A stretch of 64,000 nt of DNA from a virus. Taxonomy: Duplodnaviria > Caudoviricetes. Where the stretch lies: IMG/VR virus record IMGVR_UViG_3300021088_000010, positions 451 to 64,450 of that record, one strand, 5' to 3'. The position numbers and the translations under genes were made by a program. Positions 28,638 through 37,539 of the stretch are shown here, one piece after another. Position 1 is the first letter of the stretch. Each line of letters starts with the position of its first letter. The notes under the pieces were generated by a model. It worked only from the letters and a program-made list of their open reading frames with translations, had not been told where the DNA came from and ran no database searches.

Positions 28638-31144
28638 TAATCCTCCAGTTTGAACGGTTTGGTTTCGCCCCAGGATAAAGAAGCGGGGGCAACGCTGAAT
28701 TCTGCGGGAATACTGTAGCCAGCTAATTGAGGCCAGCTTTGTTCCATTACTTTTCTAACACAACGTACCACTTCTGGCACAAGTTGTTTTGGTGCTTCGA
28801 TAAGAAGGGAGTCATGCACGGATAGTAAGAGTCTTGCTGGTTTGGGCAACGGCTCCAAAACATTTGAAGCCTTGAGTGCGAGTTCAACAGACAATCCAAT
28901 TCTTTCATAAAGTAATCCTATCATGCTGCGAATAATTATATCAGCGAGAGTACTTTGCGGAAGGAAACTCAGCGATTCTCCATACAATTTGCTTGTCCAG
29001 AACCACCTTTTTCTGTTAAAGACGGTTGTTAGCACCCCTGTAGACTCAGCTTCTTTGGATACTTTTTTCATCCAATCAACGGTAGGTCTGTTTGCTTGTC
29101 GCCACTTAAAAAGATAGTCTCTTACCTCCGCCTCTGGCATATCTAGGTTCATTGCTATTTTACGTGGACCCTCCCCGTAGTTGATTCCGTGAGTAAGTTT
29201 CTTAGCTCGTCCATAGGGAGCGTCTGGAGAGTTATCCTTGATTACATCTTGTACAGGTATTCCAAAGAATATGTGTGCGTTTTCCTTGTGCTCGGAATAC
29301 CCCGGAGTCGCAAGTTTTTGGAGCCGTTCTTGATCGTTAGCGTACCAGGCAGTTAATCTATTTTCCCCACTTGCAAAATCGGCTTCTACGAAGCACCAAT
29401 CAGGATCAGAAGGTACATAGATATATTTTGCAGCAGGAGGCTGATTTTGCATATTAGGACCTGAGGATGATAGACGACCGCTCGAAGTTCCGTAGGGGCT
29501 AAAGTGACAATATACTTTTCCATCTCTAATTGGAATTTCTTTCCCATCTTCATCTTTCATCCCCTTAATAAAGCTTGAGGCTAGTTCATCTAGGCTACGG
29601 AGCTTGCGGACAGCTTGAATGTGGGCCCTAATGAGTGGGTCCTTCTCTTTGTTAGCTAGCTTCTCTAGTGCAGTCTTATCAGTGGTTACTCTTTTGGTTT
29701 TGGAGTTGAGTTGCTCTGGAAGTCCCAGTCTTTGATAGAGGAATATCTCAACTTGCTTTGGAGAACTCCAAGGCACAATTCTTTCAGTTCCGGGGACATG
29801 GATGTACTTGATGGGTTTTCCTGATTTTCCGAGAGTGCCCTCTGGAGCAGGTTTGCGAACACGAATGCATTTATCATAAGGTTTAAGTCCCTCTGGAAGA
29901 GTCTTCTCTAAGCTTTTAATCTCAGCTAGTAAATCCTGACGAATCTTGTTTGCTCTAGCGCCTGAGGTGTGGATGCCAGTGGTTTCCATTAAGTGACATA
30001 TCTTAGCTAAGGGGACTTGGGTGTACCAGTATAAGTCTTCGAGCTTCTGAGACTTAAGAATAGGCTTAATCTGATTGGCAATCTGTAGCGTACCATCAAC
30101 GTCTTTGCAACAGTAGTACTCTAGGTTCTGGCCTATTTCATCTTTCCAGTAAGGCTTCTGTAGGAAGATGGAGGCCACATAGCCAAGATCGTGAGGGGAA
30201 TCTGGACTAATAAGATGGTGAGCAAGAATAGTATCAAACTCTTTGGCGTGAAGTACCTTGATGCCAAGAGCGGCACACAGACGAGGCATGTCAAAAGATA
30301 TACCATTATGTGTGATAATTTCTTCAGCGTTCTCAATGATCCTCTTAATCTCAGCTATGTACGCGCCCTTAAACGGAACGCACATCGCGTGATACGGTCT
30401 ATCAGATAAACCCACACAGATTATAGCCTGAGTAAATCTATTTGTTTCAATGTCTATCGCTAGCTTGGTTGATCTAAATCCTGCTACATCCTCTAGTGTT
30501 GGTGTAGTGTTATAGTACTCAGGAGGTACAGTCAGCCCCTTTTTTAAGTCACTAATCACGGCAGGAATTGCGCCCTGCCCATAGACCATGATATAGCTTG
30601 GATGGTATGTGCCAATAACCTTTGGCTTGATCTCATTCTTTAGAGGGAGAGGAGAGCCACGCCACTTCTCTATACCTTTCTTTCCTGTTAGAGCTTCAAG
30701 TGCTTCCCCTCCGAGAGCGTCGAATCTTTCCCAAGGTCTACTATCCAATATTGGCTTGACATGGTTCCTCCAGCATTGATCCGTCGCCTTTTTAGCATCG
30801 GCCTCTGATATATAAAACCTTGCGCTAGGAGAAAGAGGGTCAACATTGTTAGGGGGCCGACACTGACGACAATTAAGTATTGTAAGTTGCTCACGATCTA
30901 TTCCTGCCTTTCGTGCTAGGCTATCAAAGAACTTTCCTGCCGCTCCAACTAACGGCTTACCTTCTATGTTTTCATTTTCACCGGGATCGCGGGCTAGGAC
31001 TAGTCTTAAACTAGGGCCAATCTGTGGCGGTACGAAGGACATATCAGCGCCGATGTGATGTACCTTGCGTCCGGCTTTTTCGTACCAGCAGTCCACCTTA
31101 ACCATCGGACACCCTTTACAGGATTCTTTCTCGCTAACCCTCAA
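28637..31144 (-). CDS. family A DNA polymerase with N-terminal family-4 uracil-DNA-glycosylase-like domain and 3'-5' exonuclease
   Basis: UDG-like: CKGC, DPGENE...GKPLVGAAG, CRPPNN, YHPSY; exonuclease: IDIET, HNGISFD, YCCKD; polymerase: GRLSSSGPNMQN, ADFASGENR, RAKKLTHGINYG, VHDSL. Confidence 0.93.
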   Translation of the reverse strand: MRVSEKESCKGCPMVKVDCWYEKAGRKVHHIGADMSFVPPQIGPSLRLVLARDPGENENIEGKPLVGAAGKFFDSLARKAGIDREQLTILNCRQCRPPNNVDPLSPSARFYISEADAKKATDQCWRNHVKPILDSRPWERFDALGGEALEALTGKKGIEKWRGSPLPLKNEIKPKVIGTYHPSYIMVYGQGAIPAVISDLKKGLTVPPEYYNTTPTLEDVAGFRSTKLAIDIETNRFTQAIICVGLSDRPYHAMCVPFKGAYIAEIKRIIENAEEIITHNGISFDMPRLCAALGIKVLHAKEFDTILAHHLISPDSPHDLGYVASIFLQKPYWKDEIGQNLEYYCCKDVDGTLQIANQIKPILKSQKLEDLYWYTQVPLAKICHLMETTGIHTSGARANKIRQDLLAEIKSLEKTLPEGLKPYDKCIRVRKPAPEGTLGKSGKPIKYIHVPGTERIVPWSSPKQVEIFLYQRLGLPEQLNSKTKRVTTDKTALEKLANKEKDPLIRAHIQAVRKLRSLDELASSFIKGMKDEDGKEIPIRDGKVYCHFSPYGTSSGRLSSSGPNMQNQPPAAKYIYVPSDPDWCFVEADFASGENRLTAWYANDQERLQKLATPGYSEHKENAHIFFGIPVQDVIKDNSPDAPYGRAKKLTHGINYGEGPRKIAMNLDMPEAEVRDYLFKWRQANRPTVDWMKKVSKEAESTGVLTTVFNRKRWFWTSKLYGESLSFLPQSTLADIIIRSMIGLLYERIGLSVELALKASNVLEPLPKPARLLLSVHDSLLIEAPKQLVPEVVRCVRKVMEQSWPQLAGYSIPAEFSVAPASLSWGETKPFKLED

Positions 31145-31319
31145 TGTAGGTTATCTCCGTAGGCTTATTGTTAAGAAATAGATCAAACTGATCTAAACAC
31201 TTAGGACATGCCGTCCAACCCTTTTGATCAAATTCTAAATAGATTTCTTTCCAATAACTTCTATCCTCTAGCGTCTCTCTTCCACAACGATCACAAGTAT
31301 ATAAGGTTTTAGTGGACAT
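31134..31319 (-). CDS. small zinc-finger protein
   Basis: CDRC...CPKC. Confidence 0.6.
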   Translation of the reverse strand: MSTKTLYTCDRCGRETLEDRSYWKEIYLEFDQKGWTACPKCLDQFDLFLNNKPTEITYIEG

Positions 31320-31453
31320 TACTTCCCCTTCTTACTTTTTCCCGCTTTGGAAAGCGCAATAGCAACCGCCTGCTTTTGTGGAACGCCAGATTTAACTTCT
31401 TTACTAATGTTATAGGAGATGGTTTCTTTGCTTGAACCTTCGCGTAGCGGCAT
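31319..31453 (-). CDS. small basic phage protein (44 aa, below the ORF-track cut-off)
   Basis: Translated by hand: [44 protein letters not shown]; TAATG-coupled on both sides. Confidence 0.75.
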   Translation of the reverse strand: MPLREGSSKETISYNISKEVKSGVPQKQAVAIALSKAGKSKKGK

Positions 31454-31776
31454 TACAGTTTAATCCCCGCCTTCTTCATGGTCAGGTAGTTTAGAACCGT
31501 GGCCACGATACCTTCCACTCCAACAATACCCGCAACGAGAGTAAGACAGGTTTCATTGTATCCCGTGAGAACATACGCTAGTACTGGAACAGCTTGCGCA
31601 AGTCCAATCACCTTCAACAACGTCATGCCAGTCTCACCGATCTTACTTACAATCCAAGAAGCAACTGGATTGCCTTCCTTAAGACCTCCAGCTAGACCAC
31701 GTTCCGTTGTATAGCTATCTCCAAGCTGTCCAAGTTCCGCAGCAGAGAGTGCAACAAAAATAAGAGCGACGTTCAT
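31453..31776 (-). CDS. membrane protein, DUF5658-like
   Basis: DSYTT...EGNP motif between hydrophobic helices. Confidence 0.6.
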   Translation of the reverse strand: MNVALIFVALSAAELGQLGDSYTTERGLAGGLKEGNPVASWIVSKIGETGMTLLKVIGLAQAVPVLAYVLTGYNETCLTLVAGIVGVEGIVATVLNYLTMKKAGIKL

Positions 31777-31920
31777 TTTTTAATCTCCTAGTATTTTAAT
31801 TTCATGTAAACCCAAGCTGCAATTAAACCCCAGCCCACCAAGCTAATAAAGAGGGAAATAACTGTGGAAATAATTCCGTTCTTGGACAAGCGGCCTCCTG
31901 AGGATTTTGGTACGGGGGTA

Positions 31921-31951
31921 AAGAAATAGGGGTCGCATTTCTACGACCCCT
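31921..31951 (-). terminator. intrinsic terminator after the SSB-like gene
   Basis: GGGGTCGTA-GAAA-TGCGACCCC followed by TATTTCTT on the - strand. Confidence 0.7.
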
Positions 31952-31972
31952 GTGGTCCCCTTGCAATGGAGA

Positions 31973-32428
31973 TTACGCGGCTGGCTGTACATCGAAGATG
32001 CCAAACTTCGGGTCCTCTGTGCGCTCCAATCCAGTCTTTTTATCTGTGTACGTCTTACCCGGAAGCAACGGAGCCACAACCCTTGCATTACCGTTAGTAG
32101 CAATGCGGTTCAAATAAGCTGCTGTGTCCTCGCCGGGCAGAGCATCCTGTCCCAGACTGATCTCAAGCTTCTTAAGAGCCTGAGCACTCCACGTCATAGG
32201 CTTGCCTTCCCGATTCAATGCTGTGGGGTCGGGGTATGAAACAAACACCGGACGGCCTGCGTGCTCTCCATCCGTTACATCAAATCGGACGTTGAGTTCC
32301 TGGATATTATTATAGGGATTCTGCCTATAACTTGCTCCAGGTTGAAGCGTAAAGACATACGTTCCTGCTGGTACTGCGGCTGGCTTTTCGATCTTTGTAT
32401 CTGCGAGACTTACTGTTTCCCAACCCAA
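31973..32428 (-). CDS. putative single-stranded DNA-binding protein (DUF669-like)
   Basis: VPAGTY...LNVRFDVTDGEHAGR; downstream of the AAA_24 ATPase. Confidence 0.6.
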   Translation of the reverse strand: MGWETVSLADTKIEKPAAVPAGTYVFTLQPGASYRQNPYNNIQELNVRFDVTDGEHAGRPVFVSYPDPTALNREGKPMTWSAQALKKLEISLGQDALPGEDTAAYLNRIATNGNARVVAPLLPGKTYTDKKTGLERTEDPKFGIFDVQPAA

Positions 32429-32481
32429 GGTTCACTCTCCCATTTTAGTTTAGACTGGTCTATTGCTAGACTTTACAGCGA

Positions 32482-32730
32482 TTAAATTTTGACGATTCCT
32501 GTAGGATTACTTGGAACAACATCTTTAGGATCAGCGGGTACTGGCTTAACCTGCTTACGCCAGTCACCACCCGCCTTTGGATTAGGCCCAATCTTAGGCT
32601 GAACGATTTGAGGGTTTGGATCAGGCACAGATTTGTCCTGAATCACTGGCGCTGGCTGAGGCTTCATAGGCTCTAGCCAAATACTTCCGTTTGATTCCAT
32701 GTTACCTGTTGGTTTATTTTTGTTTGGCAT
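32482..32730 (-). CDS. Pro/Lys-rich hypothetical protein
   Basis: ORF in the - strand operon. Confidence 0.45.
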   Translation of the reverse strand: MPNKNKPTGNMESNGSIWLEPMKPQPAPVIQDKSVPDPNPQIVQPKIGPNPKAGGDWRKQVKPVPADPKDVVPSNPTGIVKI

Positions 32731-32764
32731 AAAATTGTCGGGGCACCTTTTCAGATGCCCCTAA

Positions 32765-32853
32765 TGGGAGGTTCAGCGCAGGATCATCCGATCCCGCCAC
32801 CCACGCCAGTTAGGGGTCGGCTAGAGCTGGCGATTTACTGCTTACTACTCCCA
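32765..32853 (-). ncRNA. putative structured small RNA (~88 nt)
   Basis: Closing stem UGGGAG/CUCCCA, inner stems CGCCAG/CUGGCG and GCGGGAUC/GAUCCUGC; followed by a GAAA hairpin at 32740-32761. Confidence 0.55.
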
Positions 32854-33007
32854 AACTTAATAGTTTATTTACCTGAAGTATACTCTTGAGGATTCAATAA
32901 CTTCTCTTCAAGGTTACGAATGTGAATCCAAAGGGCGTCCATCTCATTTTTGTACTTATCATCTAGCTCTTTAATCTTCTTCAAGAAGGCTACTCGCTCT
33001 GAATATG

Positions 33008-33481
33008 TCACGCCTTTACCTCCACCCAATTACTATAAACTCGCGTAATCCATTCTCTAAACTCTTGTTCAGTGCAGTCATGCTTAGCAATGTTACATTG
33101 AGGGCAGCAAGGTCTACAGTTAGTAGAAATATATCTTATGGTATTATCTATTCGATCTATTCCACAGCCTGTCTCCCCTAAAGTACCATTACAATAAAAG
33201 CAAGGTTGAGTTAAGATTACTCGAAATTCCTCAAAGCTAATAACAGTCTCTTTATCTTGAACACTTAATCGAGAAAGAAAGTTTTTGTACCTGCCCCGAG
33301 GAGACCTAATATATTTTTGCATACGGCGTCTAACTTTTTCGGGGTTTAGTAGTTTGTACTCTTTATTGTAAGCTCTCTTAGCCGCAAGTTTTTCTTTGCC
33401 TCTCTCTTTAATCTGTTCTCTATTCGCCCAATAATACGCTTTATTATAGGCAAGTTTTTGTTCTGTGCTTTTATGTAGCAT
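33008..33481 (-). CDS. HNH endonuclease
   Basis: PCFYC...GIDRIDN...NCRPCCPQCNIAK. Confidence 0.88.
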   Translation of the reverse strand: MLHKSTEQKLAYNKAYYWANREQIKERGKEKLAAKRAYNKEYKLLNPEKVRRRMQKYIRSPRGRYKNFLSRLSVQDKETVISFEEFRVILTQPCFYCNGTLGETGCGIDRIDNTIRYISTNCRPCCPQCNIAKHDCTEQEFREWITRVYSNWVEVKA

Positions 33482-34313
33482 TCTTTACCGGATTTTCTAG
33501 CAAATATTTGGTGTACTCAGCCTTTGCTTTATTTAAAAACCAATCAAATGTTCCTAAGCCACTAGCGGGGTCAAATAGCACCTCTGTAGGGAGGAACGAG
33601 ACCCCTTTTTCATTTACAGAAAGTCGGTTTTTAGCCAGCCTTCCCCCCGTGTTTTCGGTAATGAAATACCGTTCAGTGTACCTAGACTTTGCATCTCTAG
33701 GGTCTCTTAGCACACTTCTTGTGCCCAAGTAGAGTACAACGTCCACCATTGCCGTAACACCTAAGAACATGGCTCCAGGTAAGTCTGGCCCTACTAAAAC
33801 ATCACCTTGTCCATTCTCAAAATCAGGTTTATCTATTCGCAACCCTGCCGTTATGATTATATGAGTAGGCTGATTTAACAACTGCTGAACCAGCTTGCGA
33901 CTAAGTTCCCCCATAACTCCATAATCATCCAACTCAGGAACGCCTAACAGTCTCTTCTGTGATTCCCCTTTAGCACGGGGGATCGCTAGTGCTTTATCTT
34001 TTACGAAAGTTTTATTCGCCCAACTCAAGGAGTCTAGACCATAAACATCGAATCCAGCAGGAGGTTTAGTGCAAAACTCTTGAAAATCATTGTAGCTCTC
34101 TAAATCACAGGCGGTATATCCAGTACTCGCAGCAGAAAGCTGTCCTTTACCCATTCCCGTTTCACATACTCCCGCTAAAAGCTTGTGCTCTAGGGAGTTA
34201 GCGGAGGCCATGAAGGACGTTTTCCCCGAACCAGCCATGCCATATATCAATATCTTTAACTTAAACTTATCTGGCGCTATTAACTCACGTGTATTGTATA
34301 ACTTAAGCGGCAA
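33471..34313 (-). CDS. AAA_24 (Sak4-like) ATPase/recombinase
   Basis: ILIYGMAGSGKTS, LDSLS, DYG, GPDLPG, AKNR; likely TTG start at 34313 with GAGAGG RBS. Confidence 0.8.
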   Translation of the reverse strand: MPLKLYNTRELIAPDKFKLKILIYGMAGSGKTSFMASANSLEHKLLAGVCETGMGKGQLSAASTGYTACDLESYNDFQEFCTKPPAGFDVYGLDSLSWANKTFVKDKALAIPRAKGESQKRLLGVPELDDYGVMGELSRKLVQQLLNQPTHIIITAGLRIDKPDFENGQGDVLVGPDLPGAMFLGVTAMVDVVLYLGTRSVLRDPRDAKSRYTERYFITENTGGRLAKNRLSVNEKGVSFLPTEVLFDPASGLGTFDWFLNKAKAEYTKYLLENPVKNAT

Positions 34314-34453
34314 CGTAACCCTCTCATTCTCAAAAGGTTTGGAAGGCCCGTGCTGACAGCCCGACGGTACGATCAGTCGAGCCTTCCGGTTGGAGTCCAT
34401 AACCGTCACGGTTCATGGCGTCCTCCAAACTCAACTTCATTTAATCTTCATAC

Positions 34454-34486
34454 TTAATTATACGAAAAATGCGACCAAAAGTGTCA
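34454..34486 (-). promoter_or_regulatory. ECF-type promoter driving recombination/replication genes
   Basis: TGACAC-N16-CGTATAATTAA. Confidence 0.75.
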
Positions 34487-34512
34487 AACTATTTTTAGGC
34501 ACAATTTGTGAC

Positions 34513-34551
34513 GTAAGTCCTTTATTCTCGTAAACGCAAAGTACTAGTACT
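34513..34551. promoter_or_regulatory. conserved box with palindrome AGTACTAGTACT, copy 1
   Basis: GTAAGTCCTTT..CGTAAA..AAAGTACTAGTACT, same spacing as 54551..54589. Confidence 0.65.
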
Positions 34552-34592
34552 AAAACTTTATTGTAAGTCCGTCATTCTCGGTGACTTATTCG

Positions 34593-34625
34593 TGACACTT
34601 TTCCCTTCGCCGGACGTATAATTAA
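34593..34625 (+). promoter_or_regulatory. ECF-type promoter, antisense to the early/middle genes
   Basis: TGACAC-N16-CGTATAATTAA. Confidence 0.7.
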
Positions 34626-34719
34626 TGTAGTGAAGCGTAAGCGAGAACGAAGTGCCCGAAGTGTGTTTGCGCCGCTTTTGTACACCTAGCTGAGATGTAG
34701 TTTGTTGAAAGGAAAGGAC

Positions 34720-34932
34720 TTATCGCTTCGCGGCACGTTCGAGTTCTTTCTTAATCCAGTTTAAGCCTCTATCAAAAGTAGCATCTTCTGGCTCCATGTG
34801 ATCGTTATAGATTGCCTTATAGTCTCCATCTTCTATTGTTAGAAAGCCACACCAGTCTTTATCATAAGGTAAGTCATCTTGATCTACCCAACTTGGAAGT
34901 TCTTCTGCTGTATAATATATAGCTACTTTCAC
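34720..34932 (-). CDS. hypothetical acidic protein
   Basis: AGGAGG RBS, GTG start. Confidence 0.6.
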   Translation of the reverse strand: MKVAIYYTAEELPSWVDQDDLPYDKDWCGFLTIEDGDYKAIYNDHMEPEDATFDRGLNWIKKELERAAKR

Positions 34933-35190
34933 CTTTCCTCCTATTTGTTCGCCTTCCCGCCCTTACGGGCTCCAGGCTCACTGGTGGACCCTTGGGGTGG
35001 AATTAGATGTCATCACAGTGGAATGCCCAGGGATAAGGACTCTCTATAGGCTTAGGCCACTTCATAAACCTCCCACATACAACACACTTAGGTGGCCAAG
35101 GGTCACCGTGAATAGGGCAATCCTCGCGGGGTTCCAGGTCTTGACACCCGCAACAGCAAGTGTGGGCTTCTTGACACTCGTGTGGTTTAT

Positions 35191-35604
35191 TTACCATAAG
35201 TCGTGAAACGCTCCTTTCTCCGCTAGTCTCAACATGCAAGCCTGCCACTCAGGTCCGTGGTCATCTAGGGTATGCACATCCTCCACGAACAATTCTATAT
35301 GACATTGCTCATGCAAGAGTGTAAGCCTCAAGGTCTTTTCGCTCTTTATATAGTCTGGATTGAACGACATACGAATGTAGCCATCAGCCTCCCCAAATAT
35401 TGTAACACCCATCTTCTTCGGATCACGTAGGTGAAAGTCAATGATAACATCCGGGGGGCTAAGAGTCCCCGCCTTTGGCAGCTCATTGTTGAAGTACATT
35501 TGGTTGTAACCATTGTACCAAGCTGTGAGGTCCATGTCTACATCGGCTGGTTTAACTACTGACGTTAACAGGAACACTAAACAAATTATCAAGAGCCATC
35601 TCAA
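35191..35604 (-). CDS. SprT-like zinc metalloprotease with N-terminal signal/TM segment
   Basis: YNQMYFNNELP, TLLHEQCH, HGPEW. Confidence 0.8.
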   Translation of the reverse strand: MRWLLIICLVFLLTSVVKPADVDMDLTAWYNGYNQMYFNNELPKAGTLSPPDVIIDFHLRDPKKMGVTIFGEADGYIRMSFNPDYIKSEKTLRLTLLHEQCHIELFVEDVHTLDDHGPEWQACMLRLAEKGAFHDLW

Positions 35605-35605
35605 T

Positions 35606-36145
35606 TTAATCTCCTAATCCTGTAGCTAGATACTTTTTAGGGTGTGCAATAAACTTATCCATTTCCACAGGCATATAGTTCGTATACTCGACCGAAAATA
35701 GCCGCTGCCAAGGATGTCTAAGCTTAACGGCAGGGAACTGTCCTGGTTGATTGAAACCATGCCAAATATTGTGTAAATGCCCGTGTATGTTTAAGATACA
35801 GCCAGGGGGTAGATGGTCTGCTGGTTCATGAGTTAACCAGCATCTTCGTAGTATAAGACTATCCACACAACTATCAAAGCCGTGATCTATCCACCATCCT
35901 GCGCTCTTTTTTCTATCGTGGTTCCCACGAATCAAAGTTTTCTTTCCTGTTAGCTGAGGCCATATTACGTCCCATCCAGCGACCTTGTGCATAAAGACAT
36001 CCCCAAGATGTATAATCATATCATCAGCTTTAACTATCTCTCGCCAGTTGCGAATTAACCTTTCATTGTAATCATCAGGGCGTTGGCAATAGGTTTTAAT
36101 GTTATAGTGATTGAAGTGAGTATCAGAGATTAAATAGATGTTCAA
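35606..36145 (-). CDS. metallophosphoesterase
   Basis: SDTHFNH, HLGD, RGNHD, THEP, HGHLH. Confidence 0.88.
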   Translation of the reverse strand: MNIYLISDTHFNHYNIKTYCQRPDDYNERLIRNWREIVKADDMIIHLGDVFMHKVAGWDVIWPQLTGKKTLIRGNHDRKKSAGWWIDHGFDSCVDSLILRRCWLTHEPADHLPPGCILNIHGHLHNIWHGFNQPGQFPAVKLRHPWQRLFSVEYTNYMPVEMDKFIAHPKKYLATGLGD

Positions 36146-36686
36146 CTCCCACCCCCGGGGTCCTTAGCTTCAAAATAATCCTCTTCCACTGCCCCTTAAC
36201 AGCATCCTCTGTAGTATCCAGCTCTGCTGCTATCTCATCATTAGAGAACCCGTGCATCTTCATATCTATAAGTTCTTGTTCTTCCTTAGACAGCTTAGCT
36301 ATCCTCTTCTCTAGGTCAATTTTGGCGTCCATATCTCTGTAGAAGTCATAGCTTTGATCGTTGAGAATAGCTGTATCTAGTTCTTCTTCCTGTTGACCGT
36401 TACGCTTTCTTAACGCATCTATACAGGCGTGTTCTGTTACAGTATATACCCATGTACTAAAGCCACTCTTTTTAGAATCAAAGCTTGATAAGCCCTCAAA
36501 CACTTTAAGGCAAGCCTCTCCTACTGCATCCTCTAGCTCTCTAAATTGGCTGCCATGAGTTCTTACTATTGTAGCTTCTATAAAAGTCATTAGGGCTAGT
36601 CCTAAAGCTTCATAGTTTTCAGAGGTAGGATTGTCTTTGTAAGCTTGGTAGGCTTCGTTTAACTGCGAGGGTTCTTTGGCGGGCAT
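36123..36686 (-). CDS. ECF-type RNA polymerase sigma factor
   Basis: Region 2 EDAVGEACLKVF...FD...FSTWVYTV...CIDALRK; region 4 HGFSNDEIAAELDTTEDAVK. Confidence 0.88.
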   Translation of the reverse strand: MPAKEPSQLNEAYQAYKDNPTSENYEALGLALMTFIEATIVRTHGSQFRELEDAVGEACLKVFEGLSSFDSKKSGFSTWVYTVTEHACIDALRKRNGQQEEELDTAILNDQSYDFYRDMDAKIDLEKRIAKLSKEEQELIDMKMHGFSNDEIAAELDTTEDAVKGQWKRIILKLRTPGVGVEHLFNL

Positions 36687-36695
36687 GTTACTCCT

Positions 36696-36878
36696 TTAGG
36701 TTTGAATTCCTTTTTCGGGATTGCGGCGGGCTACTAAGCTGAACTCCACCTTCTCAGTCTCCACTCCACACACTTCACATAGGGGGTTATGGCGTTTTTC
36801 TAAATGGCCATTCCCTTGTACGTAGCGTTCGTACTTCGCACTGCATTTAGGGCAAACATAATCAAAGATAGGGCACAT
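36696..36878 (-). CDS. FmdB-like zinc ribbon protein
   Basis: PIFDYVCPKC...CEVCG. Confidence 0.7.
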   Translation of the reverse strand: MCPIFDYVCPKCSAKYERYVQGNGHLEKRHNPLCEVCGVETEKVEFSLVARRNPEKGIQT

Positions 36879-37228
36879 TATTCCTCCTGTCTTTCATAGG
36901 AATCACAGCATCCATCACAGCCATGTACCCACGTATATTCATCTGATAACTGTTTTGGGTCTAAGTGTCCTACAGTGTGCCCTATTCCGTGCTTGCAGAC
37001 TCTCTCCAACCTTCCGTCCTCTCGAACTAAATCATAGATAAAGTTAGGCTTCATCCGGGTCCTCCCATTCCAACGGAATAATCACAACTCTAATTCCCTG
37101 CCCAGCTAGTTTCCGCACCTGCCAGAAGAAACATTCATCACAGATAGGGAAAGAAATCTGCTTAGCTATAGGTCTAATACCACAGTTCCAGCACTTGTAT
37201 TTCTTTTCATGCGACCAAGTTCTCATTG

Positions 37229-37528
37229 CTACTTCTTTTCCTTGGCTTCCGTCTTTGCCTTCTCTGCGGCAGCCTTGACCCGTGCGTCGATGCTCTCCTC
37301 CGCGAGAAGCCTTCTCGTGAGATTCGCGATCTGCTCCTTTTCCCACGCTTCCTGCTCCGCTTGGGACGGTTGGTGCTCTTTTAGGAGAGTGTCCATAGTG
37401 TCGGCTAACTGCTTGTAGATTTCGACGACGTGTGCCGAAGATAGCCTCCCCAGAGTGATGGTTCTCTTCCAAGAGATAGTCTCCTCTTGGTTAGAAGAGT
37501 CGTTGCCCAAACTAAACGTGATCTGCAT
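37229..37528 (-). CDS. hypothetical protein
   Basis: AAGGAG RBS; helical. Confidence 0.6.
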   Translation of the reverse strand: MQITFSLGNDSSNQEETISWKRTITLGRLSSAHVVEIYKQLADTMDTLLKEHQPSQAEQEAWEKEQIANLTRRLLAEESIDARVKAAAEKAKTEAKEKK

Positions 37529-37539
37529 TTTTGCTCCTT

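Noticed and set aside
32765-32853. tRNA gene
   Set aside because: Right size and closing stem, but no GTTCRA T-arm or proper D/anticodon arms on either strand; kept as an unknown ncRNA.
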